64,000 nucleotides of DNA, taken from NCBI RefSeq assembly GCF_006345805.1, contig NC_043009.1, positions 68,696,001-68,760,000 of the forward strand, given 5' to 3'. The number at the start of each line of letters is the position of its first letter. Within the stretch, counting starts at the first letter, position 1. The stretch comes from Octopus sinensis. Lineage: Eukaryota. Positions 28,079 through 41,239 of the stretch are shown piece by piece. Below the pieces are notes generated by a model. It ran no database searches. It saw only the letters and a list, made by a program, of their open reading frames with translations, and was not told the origin of the DNA. Position numbers and translations under genes: made by a program.

Positions 28079-29440
28079 TGTTTATATATTCATAAATCAT
28101 ACATAACAGAAAAATGCAAAAATGTATAGTGAAAGCTTTGTATAAGATGTAGGAAGTGATTAAGATTGATGCATTTAATACAGACTCTGATGTTGTTCAT
28201 GGGTAACTATCCTCATTTTGTATATCTAGAAGCACATTGTCCAATGTGCCCTTCCTTCCTTTCTGAAGATGCTAGGGTGTAATTTGAGGAGTGTTTGGCT
28301 GCTGTTTGCAGCAGATTGAGACTCTGTGAAACTTTTTTCATTGGCTCAAGAGTCTGAAGAGTCTGCAGTCTGAGACATCCACAGGCCCAGGGATTAGAAT
28401 TAATGATTATATTGAATTTTAGACAGAAAAACACAGTACAAGGTAAAAAATTTTAAATAGACAAAGAGTTGAGTGTTAGTGAAAGATGAAAGTTTTATAA
28501 TAAATAACTTCAAAAAACTAAATTTTAATGTTACAACACTATTCATGTTTAATTGAGTTTATGATTATGTGCTAAGAGAGATTTCGGTTTATCATCTAAA
28601 AGTAAATTACATACAATTTTCTAACTGAAGAAAAGAATCAACAACAAACAAGTGTATGAGAGGCAGGAGCAATGACTGTGTTCAAATGGGTGTGGAATCT
28701 ATTATAGCAGTAATGCAAGGGAAAGAGAGAGGACAAGAGAATGATGAACCCCCGTGGGGGCTGCTTAAAGTAATGTGATATTTCTGTGAGACACACAGAA
28801 CATCAGATTTCAAAAGAAAGAGAATCTTAATTCATCATTCCTTGATTGTAAAGTGATGAAAGTATGGATACACATCCTTATGCACATCTTGTACAAACCA
28901 TATTCTGATCGATCTTGGAAACTGTTAAATTTCTTGATTTATGCAATCTAATTTGAAGTAATCTCGTACTGTAATCAGCAACACAATCACTTGACAAGTG
29001 ATGCTTCAAGAGCTGGCGGCAGACCTGTATTTCTTTTTCTGTCTTAGATTAGTGCTTATAAAGTCTTATTTACATAAAAAAATTTCAGTCTTAAACTATG
29101 ATTAATGAGTAATCCTCAAACCCAAGACATAGTTCAGATATTTTTAACAGAGTAAACACCACTAAAGGTATCCAAATGTGAAAAGGTAGTCTTAATTCCA
29201 ATAAGAATTGAAAATTGTCTCTGTGAATAAACACAGAAATATATCAGCACTGAGGAAAGTTCATTGCCAAAGCAGAAATAAATGGCTTGATGAATGAGTC
29301 AACAAGTTTTCTACACCAAAAAATTAGCTGGGGGGGGGGGGGGGGTTGATAAAGACAATCAACTCTTATTAATGGGGGTGGAGAACACCCAGTAATGTAA
29401 CAGAAAGAGTGTAAAATCACTATGATTTGAAAACCATGTT

Positions 29441-29812
29441 ATTATTACCTCCACCATAGCAAAGGCGGAGGTATTGTTTTCAGTCATGTTTGTTTGTTTG
29501 TCCATGGACAAGATATCTCCAGAGCCATTGGATGGATTCAGATTAAACACTCGGGAATGTTTGGCCTCATGACTGGCACAAACTGATTAGATTTGGGGAT
29601 TGATCTGGTACTGGACAAGGATTCTGGATTATTTTTCCTGTTTTTTTTTTTACTGAATTTTTGAGAGCGAGCAGGTTCATTTCTAGTATCCTCGTTTGTG
29701 AGAGCAATCGAGTTTATTTCAGATATTCTCATTTTTAAAATCATCTCTGGCTAATTGTTGAGAGGACGTTGGTATCGCCTTGGCGGAGGTTGGCGCTCTC
29801 TGAGAGCTCATT
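29441..29812 (+). mobile_element. Helentron-associated (HINE/DINE-like) non-autonomous element
   Basis: TTATTACCTCCACCATAG...CCTTGGCGGAGGT subterminal inverted repeats, an internal (TTTG)n, and a 3' GCGCTCTCTGAGAGC stem-loop. Confidence 0.55.
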
Positions 29813-30344
29813 TACATTTCTTTCAACCAAACAAATAAAAAGCAAGAGGTTTCCTCTCTGAAGCATTTTTACAAGACACTCAAGAAAAAGGAAATCATCA
29901 AACAGATGTGACTAACAACTTTAGTAGAAGACATTTTGATAGACAATGGGGAAATGGATATGCACATCTCTTGGCTGAGCAATGTGTATGGGACTTAGCG
30001 TTTGCAAAATGCACTCAAATGAGCACCAGTACATAACTATGGAGTCCTACATCTGTAATATATTGAGCTGAAAGGTTGATTGACTGAGCTTATTCTTACA
30101 ATTAGTGAAATATTCTTTCTGAGGTGTTTAAAACCTAAAACAAACAAAAGAGGCATCTGGTAGTCTTGCAATACCAGGATCTGTACCTAAAGATCTTACT
30201 TCAGTCTCGTTGGTGGAGCAGTGTCTGCTGTGTCTACAGAGACATAATATGTGACAGATCCAGCTGCATTTGCTGCTGCTGTCCACCAGTCTTCTTTTGA
30301 GGCCATTTTTTTCAATTTTGCTTCACTTCATCAGCAAACCACAG

Positions 30345-30720
30345 CATCTCTTCTTTGAAGAGGATCGAATCCACCCCATGCACAACTGATGTGGACATGT
30401 ACCTCACCTTTATCTTGGCCTGTAGTAGTGAAGGAGGTGCCAAGGTACTTGAATTGACAGACCTCTTCCAGAACCTTGCCATGGAGTATGACAGGTACTT
30501 TTTCTGAGGATAGGATGCCAACATATATAATCTTTCCCTTGGAAGCATTAGTTTTTCACACACACACACACACAAAGGAACATCTAACAGCTGATTGGAT
30601 AACCAATAGTTGTCACCAGTTATTGTAGTAAAGTTGTCAGTATAGTTGAGGTTGATGACAGTGAAATGCCATGCCACTGTGACATCCAGGAACGGCAAGA
30701 GAATGCTCTGAGATCCAGTC
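30345..30720 (-). pseudogene. LINE (RTE-like) reverse transcriptase fragment
   Basis: VINLNYTDNF (degenerate YADD), then after a (GT)n insertion KTNASKGKIIYVG...LHGKVLEEVCQFKYLGTSFTTTGQDKGEVHVHISCAWGGF. These match the N.SKTK, FKYLG and RI..AW..F motifs of RT/thumb. Confidence 0.75.
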
Positions 30721-30732
30721 AATGACATAGTT

Positions 30733-30979
30733 CAGTGGTTCTCAACCCTTTTTTTTTTGCCTAAGGACTGCTTTTTATTCTGATTTTACTCTTCTGGACC
30801 TTCATCGTCATTCAATGGATATAAAAACAATCTTATTGTATTTTTATAGCAAAATATATCTAAGAAATGTATAAAAAAAATTTTAATATTTTGTGTATTG
30901 TAGAGTATTATAACCAATTTATTGCGCATAAATTTTAACAACAAATATCTTATATGGTCCCTGATCTAGTTGAAGACTG
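30733..30979. mobile_element. hAT-Charlie-type MITE
   Basis: Left end CAGTGGTTCTCAACC, degenerate right end GTTGAAGACTG. Related GAGAACCACTG ends occur near 6080 and 21665. Confidence 0.55.
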
Positions 30980-31454
30980 TTGGAAATAGAACAGAGCCCT
31001 GCCAGGCATCTGAGCAAATTTCAAAGGGGACAGGTTTCTCACCATAACTGTGTACCTTTGCTCACAGAGAATTGCAATGTGGTCAAACGAGAGTCAGCTT
31101 TATAAGTAACCTTTGTGCAATCACAATAACTCAGTGTGCACTACAAAAGACAAACTCAAAAGGCTGCTACAAAGTTCACAAAGCAAGTCTCGAGGAAGAA
31201 ATTCTGTGTGCCAGACACAAATGATCACACGTTGTTGATGAGATCTAACGAGGTTGAAAACCAGTCAGAGGCTGTCACCAGTTGACTTTAAAAGATAGGA
31301 ACTAATCTTCTGTACATTAGCTTTCATTGGAATTTTTCATCTGTTATATATGTAAGACTAAGTGCTTTTAGCATGCAGAACACTCTCTCCTAATACCAAT
31401 GCCAATATTTATAATCACCATTACTTTCCTTTCATATATATATACACACACAGA

Positions 31455-31680
31455 TTCGAGCGAGGTTGTTGCCAGTACCGCCTGACTGGCCCCATGCCGG
31501 TGGCACGTAAAAGCACCCACTACACTCTCAGAGTGGTTGGCGTTAGGAAGGGCATCCAGCTGTAGAAACTCTGCCAGATCAAGATTGAAGCCTGGTGCAA
31601 CCATCTGGTTCGCCAGCCCTCAGTCATTCATCCAACCCATGCCAGCATGGAAAGCAGACGTTAAACAATGATGATGATGA
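31455..31680 (+). mobile_element. SINE S3 copy
   Basis: GTTAGGAAGGGCATCCAGCTGTAG...GTTAAACAATGATGATG. Confidence 0.85.
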
Positions 31681-32054
31681 CACACACACACACACGTAAT
31701 GATTATCTCTTAAGTCTTATGCTTCGCTGAGATCCAACAAGATCAAAACATGTCTGTTGCTTTCACTAGCGAGCTTTAAGAAACACGACCCATCCTTAAA
31801 TGCTTTGTCAATTTTCCAAAAGTTTTAATTAACTGATATTATAATTATTTCTCAGGTTCGATGTGCTTAGATTTTAAACATCTCTAGAAAGTTTCTTTTT
31901 TAAATTTTTAATTGCAAAGATAATATTAAGTTAATCAAAGTTTTTTAACACAGTATATCATTGGTAGTTATTTAAACGATGTCTCCCACCAACTAGAATG
32001 AAACAAAAAGTTGACCACAACAGTATTTGAACTTGTATATGAAACATTAACAGA

Positions 32055-32335
32055 GAGATGTGGCTTCATGGTAAGAAGTTTGCTCCCCAACCACATGGTT
32101 CCAAGTTCAGTCCTATGGCTTGGGACATTGGGCAAGTGTCTTCTACTATAGCCTTGGGCCAACCAAAGGTGTGCGAGTGTCTTTGGTAGACAGAAACTAA
32201 AAGAAGCCTTGCGTGTGTGTGTGTGTGCCACCACCACTTAACCAATGTTGGTGTGCTTGCATCCCCATGATTTAGTGGCTCAGCAAAAGAGTTCGATGGA
32301 ATAAGTACTGGGCTTAAAAAATACTAAGTGCTTGA
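32055..32335 (+). mobile_element. SINE S1 copy, decayed
   Basis: GTGGCTTCATGGTAAG...GGGCAAGTGTCTTCTACTATAGCC...AATAAGTACTGGGCTT. Confidence 0.75.
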
Positions 32336-32394
32336 ATCGATTCGTTTATGCCGAGAATAATACTTTGTATCATTGGAATATCAGTGAAGAAGAA

Positions 32395-32675
32395 GGAACC
32401 CCTTCGGTCGTGAATGACCATGGGATTGAACCTACAAAGTTCCCTTCTGTGGCACAAGTCCGCAGTCACCGATGTTATCCAAGGGAAAGGCAAAGGGGCC
32501 GATACAGCTTGGCACCAATGACATCACAACACATTTCTACAGCTGAGTAAACTGGAGCAACATGAAATAAAGAGTCTTGCTCAAGAACACAACACATAGC
32601 CCAGCCCGGGAATCGAACTCACTACCTCAGTATTATGAGCCAAATGCTCTAACCACTGAGCCATGCACATTCACG
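32395..32675 (-). mobile_element. tRNA-derived SINE family S4
   Basis: Head GCATGGCTCAGTGGTTAGAGC...GAGTTCGATTCCCGGG, central CAGCTGTAGAAATG domain. Confidence 0.8.
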
Positions 32676-32700
32676 GACTATCAGTAGATACTTGTATATG

Positions 32701-32748
<48 letters not shown>

Positions 32749-34244
32749 AAGTGGTCGCTTAATGCATTTAAAGATTATGTTGAGAAATGTGTGTGCATGT
32801 GTGTGTGTGTGTGCATACATATAAACATGCATACAAAATGAGGGAGAAAGAGCAAAAGAGAGGGAGTAGTTACAAACTAAATCAAAAATTACAGATGGAC
32901 AGATTTGACTAAACATATTATAGGCTACCATTACAAAAGTTTATAAAGTGTTTAAGCATTGGGTCCACAGTGAACAGGTAGGTGACAAAATGATATCTTG
33001 TATAAAGACTAGGATATAATATATAGTGGTATGAAATAATGTAATGGTCATGTTAAATATTTATCATAGCGCTCCATCGATTACAAGGATGAAGGTTCCA
33101 GTTGATCCGATCAACAGAACAGCCTGTAAGTTCTTGGGGTAGATTCAGAAGAAAGAGTGAGAGAAAGTTGTGGTGAAAGAGTACAGCAGGGTTCACCACC
33201 ATCCCCTGCCAGAGCCTTGTGGAGCTTTAGGTGTTTTTGCTCAATAAACCCTCTCAACACCCAATCTGGAAATCAAAACCGCGATTCTATGACAGCAAGT
33301 CCACTGCCCTAACCACAGGGCCTCTACTAAATATTTATATAGCTAGTGTGTCACATACCTGCCTTCACACAGAAGTGTCAATCAAGAATGTTGGTCACTA
33401 TATTGACCCTTAACGTTTGTGGCATGGTGATAAGTGTTGAAGCAATCAGGGACAACATATACTCAGACAGGGTCTCAATAATCTTTTCCGCTCTAGGCAC
33501 ACAAGGCCCAAAATTCTTAGGGAAGGGAGGGGACAGTCAATTAGATTGAACCCAAGTACGCAACTGAGACTTAATTTACTGACCCTGAAAGGCTGAAAGG
33601 AATGAAGTATTAATGCAACCCAATGACAACCAAGCCATTTCTTAGTTGTGTCCCATCAAGTGAGTGGTGAAAATGGACCATTAGACTGGTGGTGTAAAGC
33701 TGAAGGCCTACCTGCTACCACTTGAGGGTTTCGTGTCCAGAAGAAGAAGTGATAGGAGACCCAGCAAGGACTATAGCAGGGTTGCCAAGGCTGCTCTTCC
33801 CAGAGCATCACCAGTCACAGCTGATCCAAAAGCTTGCCTCATCTTTAGTGCTAGAGGCCAATGGTGAGGAAATTGAGAACCTCACTCCGAGTGGTACCAT
33901 ACCATGCGGTACATGTGACAGTGGGGAGGGAAAACACAAAAGAAAAGAAACGAAACCAAATCAAAGGCATTCAAGCTGTACAAAGAGCTGCTCCCATGGT
34001 TGAACTAAATGCAATGCATGAAGGAGTTCTTGAGAGAACTAATGGAATGTTTTAAGGAAAAGGATGAGAATAATTTACTGAGTCAGAAGAACAGAATTGA
34101 AAACCACAGTCATCATAACCAGTAATTAGCCTGCTTCTTGCCTTAAACTCAATCTAGGTGGCAGCTTCTCACCTATGATGCAGGCATATTGCATTTTTAA
34201 GCTTCATTTTAATTATATCTATGTGTATGTCTTCATTTAATTAT

Positions 34245-34540
34245 CATCATCATCATCATCGTTTAACGTCCGCTTTCCATGCTAGCATGGGTTGGACGGT
34301 TTAACTGTGGGCTGGCGAAACAGATGGCTGCACCAGGCTCCAGTCTAGATCTGGCAGAGTTTCTACAGCTGGATGCCCTTTCTAACGCCAACCATTCCGA
34401 GCGTGTAGTGGGTGTTTTTACGTGCCACAGGCACGGGGGCCAGTCAGGCGGTAATGGCAACGACCTCACTCGAATTTTTTTTCTTTTTACACATGCCAAC
34501 GGCACAGGTGCCAGTAAGGCAATGCTGGTAATGATCCCGC
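34245..34540 (-). mobile_element. SINE S3 copy
   Basis: Same consensus as 21255-21545. Confidence 0.85.
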
Positions 34541-35049
34541 TCATAATTAAAAAAGTTAACACCTTAATATATTGAGCAATGTCTTTCCTCCACCTCCTCT
34601 TCACTTCTTTATATAACCTTTTTTTTCATCATCACATATTTGCAACACATTTGTATGCAAATAAAAGTGAAAATTTATTATTATTATCATTATTATTAGA
34701 ATGATGAGGATGAGACTGATGATGTTGGCTCCAGACCCTGTGTCACACTCTGACCTCTCAAAACCTGGCACAAAGCCACATCCTTCAATACTGTACATTT
34801 AGTCTGTCAGAAGATCTTGTCTTGCAAGTTATGAAACAACTTCACTAGTCCTGGGGACATAAAAGAACACCCTGTACACACTGGAAAGGGGTTGGCATTA
34901 GGAAGGGCATTCAACCTTATAAAAAACCCTTCCAAAGCAGATATTAGTGCTTTGGTTCATCGAGTCCTGTCAGCATGATAATCATCATCACAATTTAGCA
35001 GATGTTAAATGGTGATGATGATGATGATGATTATCAACACCCTTATCAT

Positions 35050-35945
35050 TAAGATGGTGGACTGGCCGGAATGCTTCAGTGACAGACAAATGTTTTTCAG
35101 TAATTGCTTCAGCTCTTCACATTCTGATTAAATCTTGCCAAATCAATGCTATCTTTCATCCTTTCGATAAAATAAAGAACTAGTGAAGCAGCAGGGTGAA
35201 TATACTTCTCAACTATTTCTTCCCCAATGAATTTCTAACCTTGTGCCAAGGTAAGAATTATCATTATAATCATGATCATTATTAAAGTGGTGAGCTGGCA
35301 GAATCGTTAGCATGCTGGGCGAAATGCTTAGCAGTACTTCACCTGTCGCTACATTCCGAGTTCAAATTCCACTGAGGTCGACTTTGCCTTTCATCTTTTC
35401 AGGGTCGATAAATTAAGTACCAGTTGTGTACTGGAGTCAATCTCATTGACTGGCCCCCCTCCCCAAACATTTCAGGCCTTGCACCTATAGAAGAAAGGAT
35501 TATTATTATTATTAAGGTGGTGAGCTGACAGAATCATTCGCACGCCGGATGAAATGCTTAGCAGTATTTTTGCCTGTTGCTACGTTCTGGGTTCAAATTC
35601 CGCTGAGGTCAACTTTGCCTTTTATCCTTTTGGGGTCGATAAATTAGGTACAAGTTGAGTACTTGAAGGGGGGGGGGGGCGATGTAATCGACTGGGCTCC
35701 TCCCCCAAAATTTCAGGCCTTGTGCCTATAGTAGAAAGGATTGTCAAGGTGGTGATCTGGTAGAATTGTTAGCATGCTGGGTAAGGTACTTGGCAGCATT
35801 CTTCAGGCTCTTTACGTTCCGAGTTCAAATGCCACCGAGGTTGACTTTTGGGGTTCGATAAAATAAGTACCAGTTGAGCACTGGGGGGTCGATGTAACCA
35901 ACATCACCCCACCATTCAAAATTACTGACCTTGTGCTAAATTTAA
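35050..35945 (+). mobile_element. Head-to-tail array of four S2 SINE copies
   Basis: Heads GGTGAGCTGGCAGAATCG-like near 35055, 35290, 35518 and 35750, joined by (ATT)n or short linkers. Confidence 0.8.
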
Positions 35946-38900
35946 AAACGAATTATTATTAACACAACCCTAGTGTTCCCATAGCACATCACTGTGAACA
36001 TCTCTGAGAAATTGATTTATAAAATGTTCAACAGATAAACATAAAAGTACCGAATGTTTACAGGAAAGCAAAGAAACAGGATGCTGGATTATTCTGTCCC
36101 ATCCCAGAATGTAACAAGGTGTGTGAGAGAGAGAGAGGGAGGGAGAGGGGGAGAGAGAGAGATCCGATTAAGCTTCATGCAATACAAAAACTACTAAGAA
36201 ATCAGTATTTCGTAAGCTTCTGGCTACCTGACTTCGATTCCCAGCAACACTCATTCGTCCACCCACTCAAAAATCTGAGGACTTTCACTTATGTAAGCAT
36301 TCTCCAGCGAAGTGGGCGCAAAGGGTGGGCGGGACAGGAGAAAGACATTGGTGTGAAACAGTTCAAGAGCAAATAAAGGAGATGGAACACGGTTTGGCGA
36401 AATCAGTAGAGTTCCCGATCAAATGATTTCTATTTGCTTATATAGTTCCGAGTTCAAATCCTCACCGAGTCCGCTTTGCCATTCATTCTTCTTTCATCAA
36501 TAAAATGCGAGACAGTCGAGTATTTGAGTGCACTGGTGTAGGCGGTGCCCCAGTATGACCGCAGCGAAATGACAAATCAGTAAAAGATATCTATCTATAT
36601 AATGATTATATATATATATATATATATATATAATTATTCCTTGGTCAGTACCCGCATCAACGAACGCATTAAACAGGTTAACCTCGCCACAATCAAAATT
36701 ATCATGATATCACTCAAATAATCCAAACATATGTATAATTTATATAAATAGCTTTGTAGTTTATTGATTTCCCCGTATTGTGTTACCCTTGTGGCAAACA
36801 AATTATTATAAATGTTTAAATCGTTTAGAGACGTTTTACCGGGAAACCGAATGGTCTAACACACACACAGACGTTTAGGGCGTGTGAAAAGGACCCCTAT
36901 CGCAATGTTAGGTGACATCAGTATTACCAATTCCATTTTTTTATGGTAACCAACGAGGGAGATAAGCGAGTGGTTATTTGACCTGCTAAAAATAGCCGTT
37001 AAATCTCTTGCAAATTACACTGTACCGTCTTAAATAAAGATGTATTGATTAATGTCAGCTCTGACGATAATAATAATAAATTAAAAACACATTGGTCATC
37101 GCTGGAAAGCCTTTGATCACAGGCCTGCTAAATTAGCGCTGGCTTGAGGCTAAACTGAAAAAGAATTCCCGGATTTGTAAATTATAAAAGTAGAAATAGG
37201 ATTAGAAGATGTGAACAACCTTCGCTTAAATTAAGTAAATATTGAAAACGAATAGACAATCCCTTCTCGTTTTTGGTTATATATTACCCTAAGACTTTCA
37301 TCTTTCCTGGTTATTCTACAATGGCTTTGTGACAAAGGAATCATGATTATTCCTTATTTTATTTCGTATTTCCGTTTATATATAACATTCGCCTGGGACG
37401 CACCCCCGTGTTTACAGTCTGTGTAAATATCGTTGACAATCTATTTGTTTTGTAGTCGGAAAGTAGCCCTGCTCGAGCAGACCCATGATCAAATGTATTC
37501 CATTCCAGCCGTGACCATCTCATCCTTTCGAATGTCTAGGAATACATGTAGTCGTCCAGTCTTTCTTTTTTTTTTTTTTTCCATAACTGGATTTGAGGGT
37601 GGGGGGGGGAAACAGAATCTCACTGCTTTACAGTAAAACAAAGAGGAAATTAGAAAGAAAAAATAGTAAGGAGGTTAGGAGTTTATTCGAAAAGAAATTA
37701 TAATCATAGATAAACAGAGTCTGCAGATAAATTCGGCTTGAATTCTTTGTAAGGAACATTTCACTTCCATTTTCGCCAAAATATGAGATTCGAACGTCAC
37801 ATGCGATCTTATTTCTCCTATCAGAGAAATTCTGAGCCAACTATAGAACCACCACGATGGTGTTAGACTTGCTAGAAATAACAGCCAAATCCCCTTCAAA
37901 TCACACCTTTTCGTGTTAAAATAAAAGATACAATAGATAATGTAGTTCCTGATATGTAAATACAATTTAAAAAAAAAAGATGCGATTGTCACGACTAGAA
38001 TGCCTTTAATCACAGATTTACTGTGCTTGGATCAGAGCTGATAACATTAGAAATATTTGCACTAATATCAGAAATCATCATTATTATGAAATCCAAATCC
38101 CACGAGTTCAATTTCACCTGTCATCTTTCTAGGATCGATAAAATAAAGAACAAGTGAATGCCGAGGGAGATTAAATCGATCATTCTCGGCCCACAAAATG
38201 ATAGGCCTACATTAGAAATTATTATTATCATTATTATTATTATTATTAATACGTTCCGTGTTCAAATTCCACCTCTCATCCTTTCGGGGTCGACAAAATA
38301 GGTACCAGTTGAACACTGAAGTCATGTAATCGATTTTCCCTTCCCCTGAAAATTTCTAGACCTGTACCAAAATTTGGACCATTATCATTGATTAGATTCA
38401 CTCTTACTATGTTCGACTTTGCCTCCCATGTAAGGTCGATAAAACAAGTACCAGTCATATACTGATATTATTGGAATTCAGTTGGCTATTCATCCATCCC
38501 TCCCTCCCTCTTCTAAAAAATATGAGAAGAACTAATTTCCTTTGTAGTTAAGGAGGATGCAGGTAAGGTTACAGCAGTAAATTCTCATCGACCTTACTTC
38601 GCAACTCGACTCGAATTCCCAGTTGGAACAATTTAACCGAACCGCATCCGAAAAAGAGCCATTGTCTAGGAAAGCCTCTATGCGGTCGTTCGACCTGCTA
38701 GAAACAACAGGCGAATTTATCAAGCGCCCAACATCTTTGAAAAATAGAAATTTAATAAAAGAAAAAGGGGAAAAAAGGATGCACTGCATAGTAATTGTAT
38801 GAGGGAATAAAATGTGAAGCTGTTCACAGACAGGACCCGCTTGTCCACGAGGCCGTAGGGGGGTGTTTCGTGAGGAGATGAGGAGCAAGGAATAAACAAC

Positions 38901-39866
38901 GAGCGTCATTTTCGTTTCTTTAATTGCACCAGAGTAAAGCATGCAGGTCACAACACACCATTCTTTTTCACTCAGAAAAGAAAGGAAATAAATTTTAAAA
39001 AACAGACTTATTATTTATGTTAATGTAAGCTTTCAAAAAAATCTTTTCATTCATAGATTGTGGTTTCGCATCCCGCTCCGGGCGTTTCTTGGGTGGGTTT
39101 TTTTATAAATTGAAATAAATTCCATGCAAAATGACAAGATGCCTCTCGTCTTCTCGAACGTCGCACAAATTCATTCGTCCTTCTTCTGTATATAAAACTT
39201 GGTGGTTTTTACAAGATTACAAAGAGGAAACCCTACCTGTCTATCTAAAATTTAGAGACTTTGTCGTTGTTTTTACCCCAGGGTCGGCCTCTCCCCCCCA
39301 CCCCACCTTGCCTCAGCAGAACATCTAAAAACAAAGCAACAGTAACTAACTTGACTAATTATGGATATGTCTAGGACTACATTATCTGTGTCCTTTACTT
39401 AAGACGGAATATGGAGACCGTGACAGCTATTTCTAGCAGGTCGTACAACTACTCCGTTGACGACTCGACTCCTCTCCCCCCCCCCCACCAGCTATCACCA
39501 TCGATCAACCACCAACACCACCACCGGGATAGGAAGCCAACCCTTCGGCAGCTAAACACTCCCGTAAAACTATCTCTGGCAGCTGAATAATAAAACCTTT
39601 TTAGACATAAGAGAGAGGCACAAATTGATGGTGACAGGATGAGACGCAAAGGGAAAAAACGCCTGTGGCAGACATGGAACCACGAACCTTGAACCTCTTC
39701 GTTCCAACACCTTAGAACCACGCGACCATTTCCATCTCGACCCTTATATAAACATAATTCTTGCGCCCTTTTTTTAATTATTTTAATTTAATCCTTTTTT
39801 TTTGTGTTGTTTTTTCTTTATATATAAATAAGAGATATTAATGATGGAAATTCCAAAGAAACTTAC

Positions 39867-40077
39867 CGAACTTCACATGTCCAAAGTGTACGAATTTATT
39901 GAGTATCACAGTTAAGATTAATCCGAGAACTCGCGAGTTGTAATAGGTAATGTATATCGTCCACATCATCACCGCACATAAAGCAATTAGTAACCAGTAA
40001 AGCGAAGACTGGGGCAGTTCGTCCTCGATTCGCTCGAACAGAGACGAATTGGCGTTAGACATCATCATCATCATCAT
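39867..40077 (-). CDS. BLTP1: First coding exon of bridge-like lipid transfer protein 1 (BLTP1/KIAA1109/tweek ortholog)
   Basis: Translates to MMMMMMSNANSSLFERIEDELPQSSLYWLLIALCAVMMWTIYITYYNSRVLGLILTVILNKFVHFGHVKF(G). This matches my recollection of the human BLTP1 N-terminus (WIIYLTYYNSRNVGLILTLVLNRLYKHGYIHIG), including the N-terminal TM anchor. It ends at a phase-1 donor G|GTAAGT (intron starts 39866). Confidence 0.92.
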
Positions 40078-40329
40078 TATGTTGGAGGATAGAAAAAAGG
40101 TGACGGAAGACAATGAAGAGATGCTGTGTTTAGTGTCTTCTTCCCTCACATTAACAAATATACAAGGAATACTTTGGAATACTTTGCAATCAAAGCTCAA
40201 AGCAATCCAAATTTCTTTACTTCGAATACAATCTTTTTTTTATTTTTTAGGCTTCAAAGTGTTTATTTACTTGTAGATGTAAGAGAATTCGTATAATTAC
40301 TGGGGTAACTTATTTTCAAACATATATAT

Positions 40330-40439
40330 GTGTATATATGTATGTATGTTTGTGTGTGTTATTATTATTGTTAGGTAATATATATATATACATATATATG
40401 TATGTATATATATGTGTGTGTTATTATTGTTGTTAGGTA

Positions 40440-40470
<31 letters not shown>

Positions 40471-40478
40471 TATGTATG

Positions 40479-40509
<31 letters not shown>

Positions 40510-40623
40510 GTGTGTTATTATTGTTGTTAGGTAATATATATATATATATATGTATGTATATATATATATGTATGTATATATATATATATATATGTGTGTG
40601 TGTTATTATTGTTGTTAGGTAAA
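40330..40623. repeat. Four-unit compound minisatellite upstream of the BLTP1 ATG
   Basis: The unit ending GTGTTATTATTGTTGTTAGGTAA occurs four times with variable (TA)/(TATG) spacers. Confidence 0.85.
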
Positions 40624-41239
40624 GTAGCAAATCGAAAATAAAGGACAACACGAATAATTTTAAATTGTCATTAAATAAAGGGACAAGGGTCAGAAAAGGA
40701 ATAACATTGAAATACTCTGAGTTGTAAAGCAAACAAGAAACACAAACCTAATGGTATATAACAATAATAATAATAATAGTAATACTATGCTGTGTGTGTG
40801 TATATAGGTGAGTGTATAGGTGAGTGTATAACGGTGTGGTTGTGTATAATTGTGTAATTGTGTATCAATGATGTTCACTCCTTTTGGTGTTGGGCATAAA
40901 TGGATTTGAGGTGTTGTAGGGTTTTTTTCTTTTTTTCCTTTTACGTTTCTTAGTCCAGTGAGAGCAGCAGTTGAAAGTGTAATAGTAATCGTGGTCGTAG
41001 AAGGGAGTAATTGACGGCGATCGGACATAAACATCTGCCATGCCCGCCGCTCCAGAAACAGATTTCCAGGTGAAATGTATCTTTCATGCTAATTAAAGAA
41101 GAAGAAGAAGGAGAAGGAGAGGAAGAAGGAGAGGAATAGAATGCAGGTCGCAAAACGGTTGGGCTTTTCCCTTGTTGGAAAAAGGCTGGAGAAGCTCAAA
41201 GCTTCCACTTTCAATCGTTTGGTATTGCATGAGTCATAT

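Noticed and set aside
40078-40200. N-terminal extension of BLTP1 given by the ORF track
   Set aside because: It starts at TTG, and the homology and TM anchor fit initiation in the ATG run.
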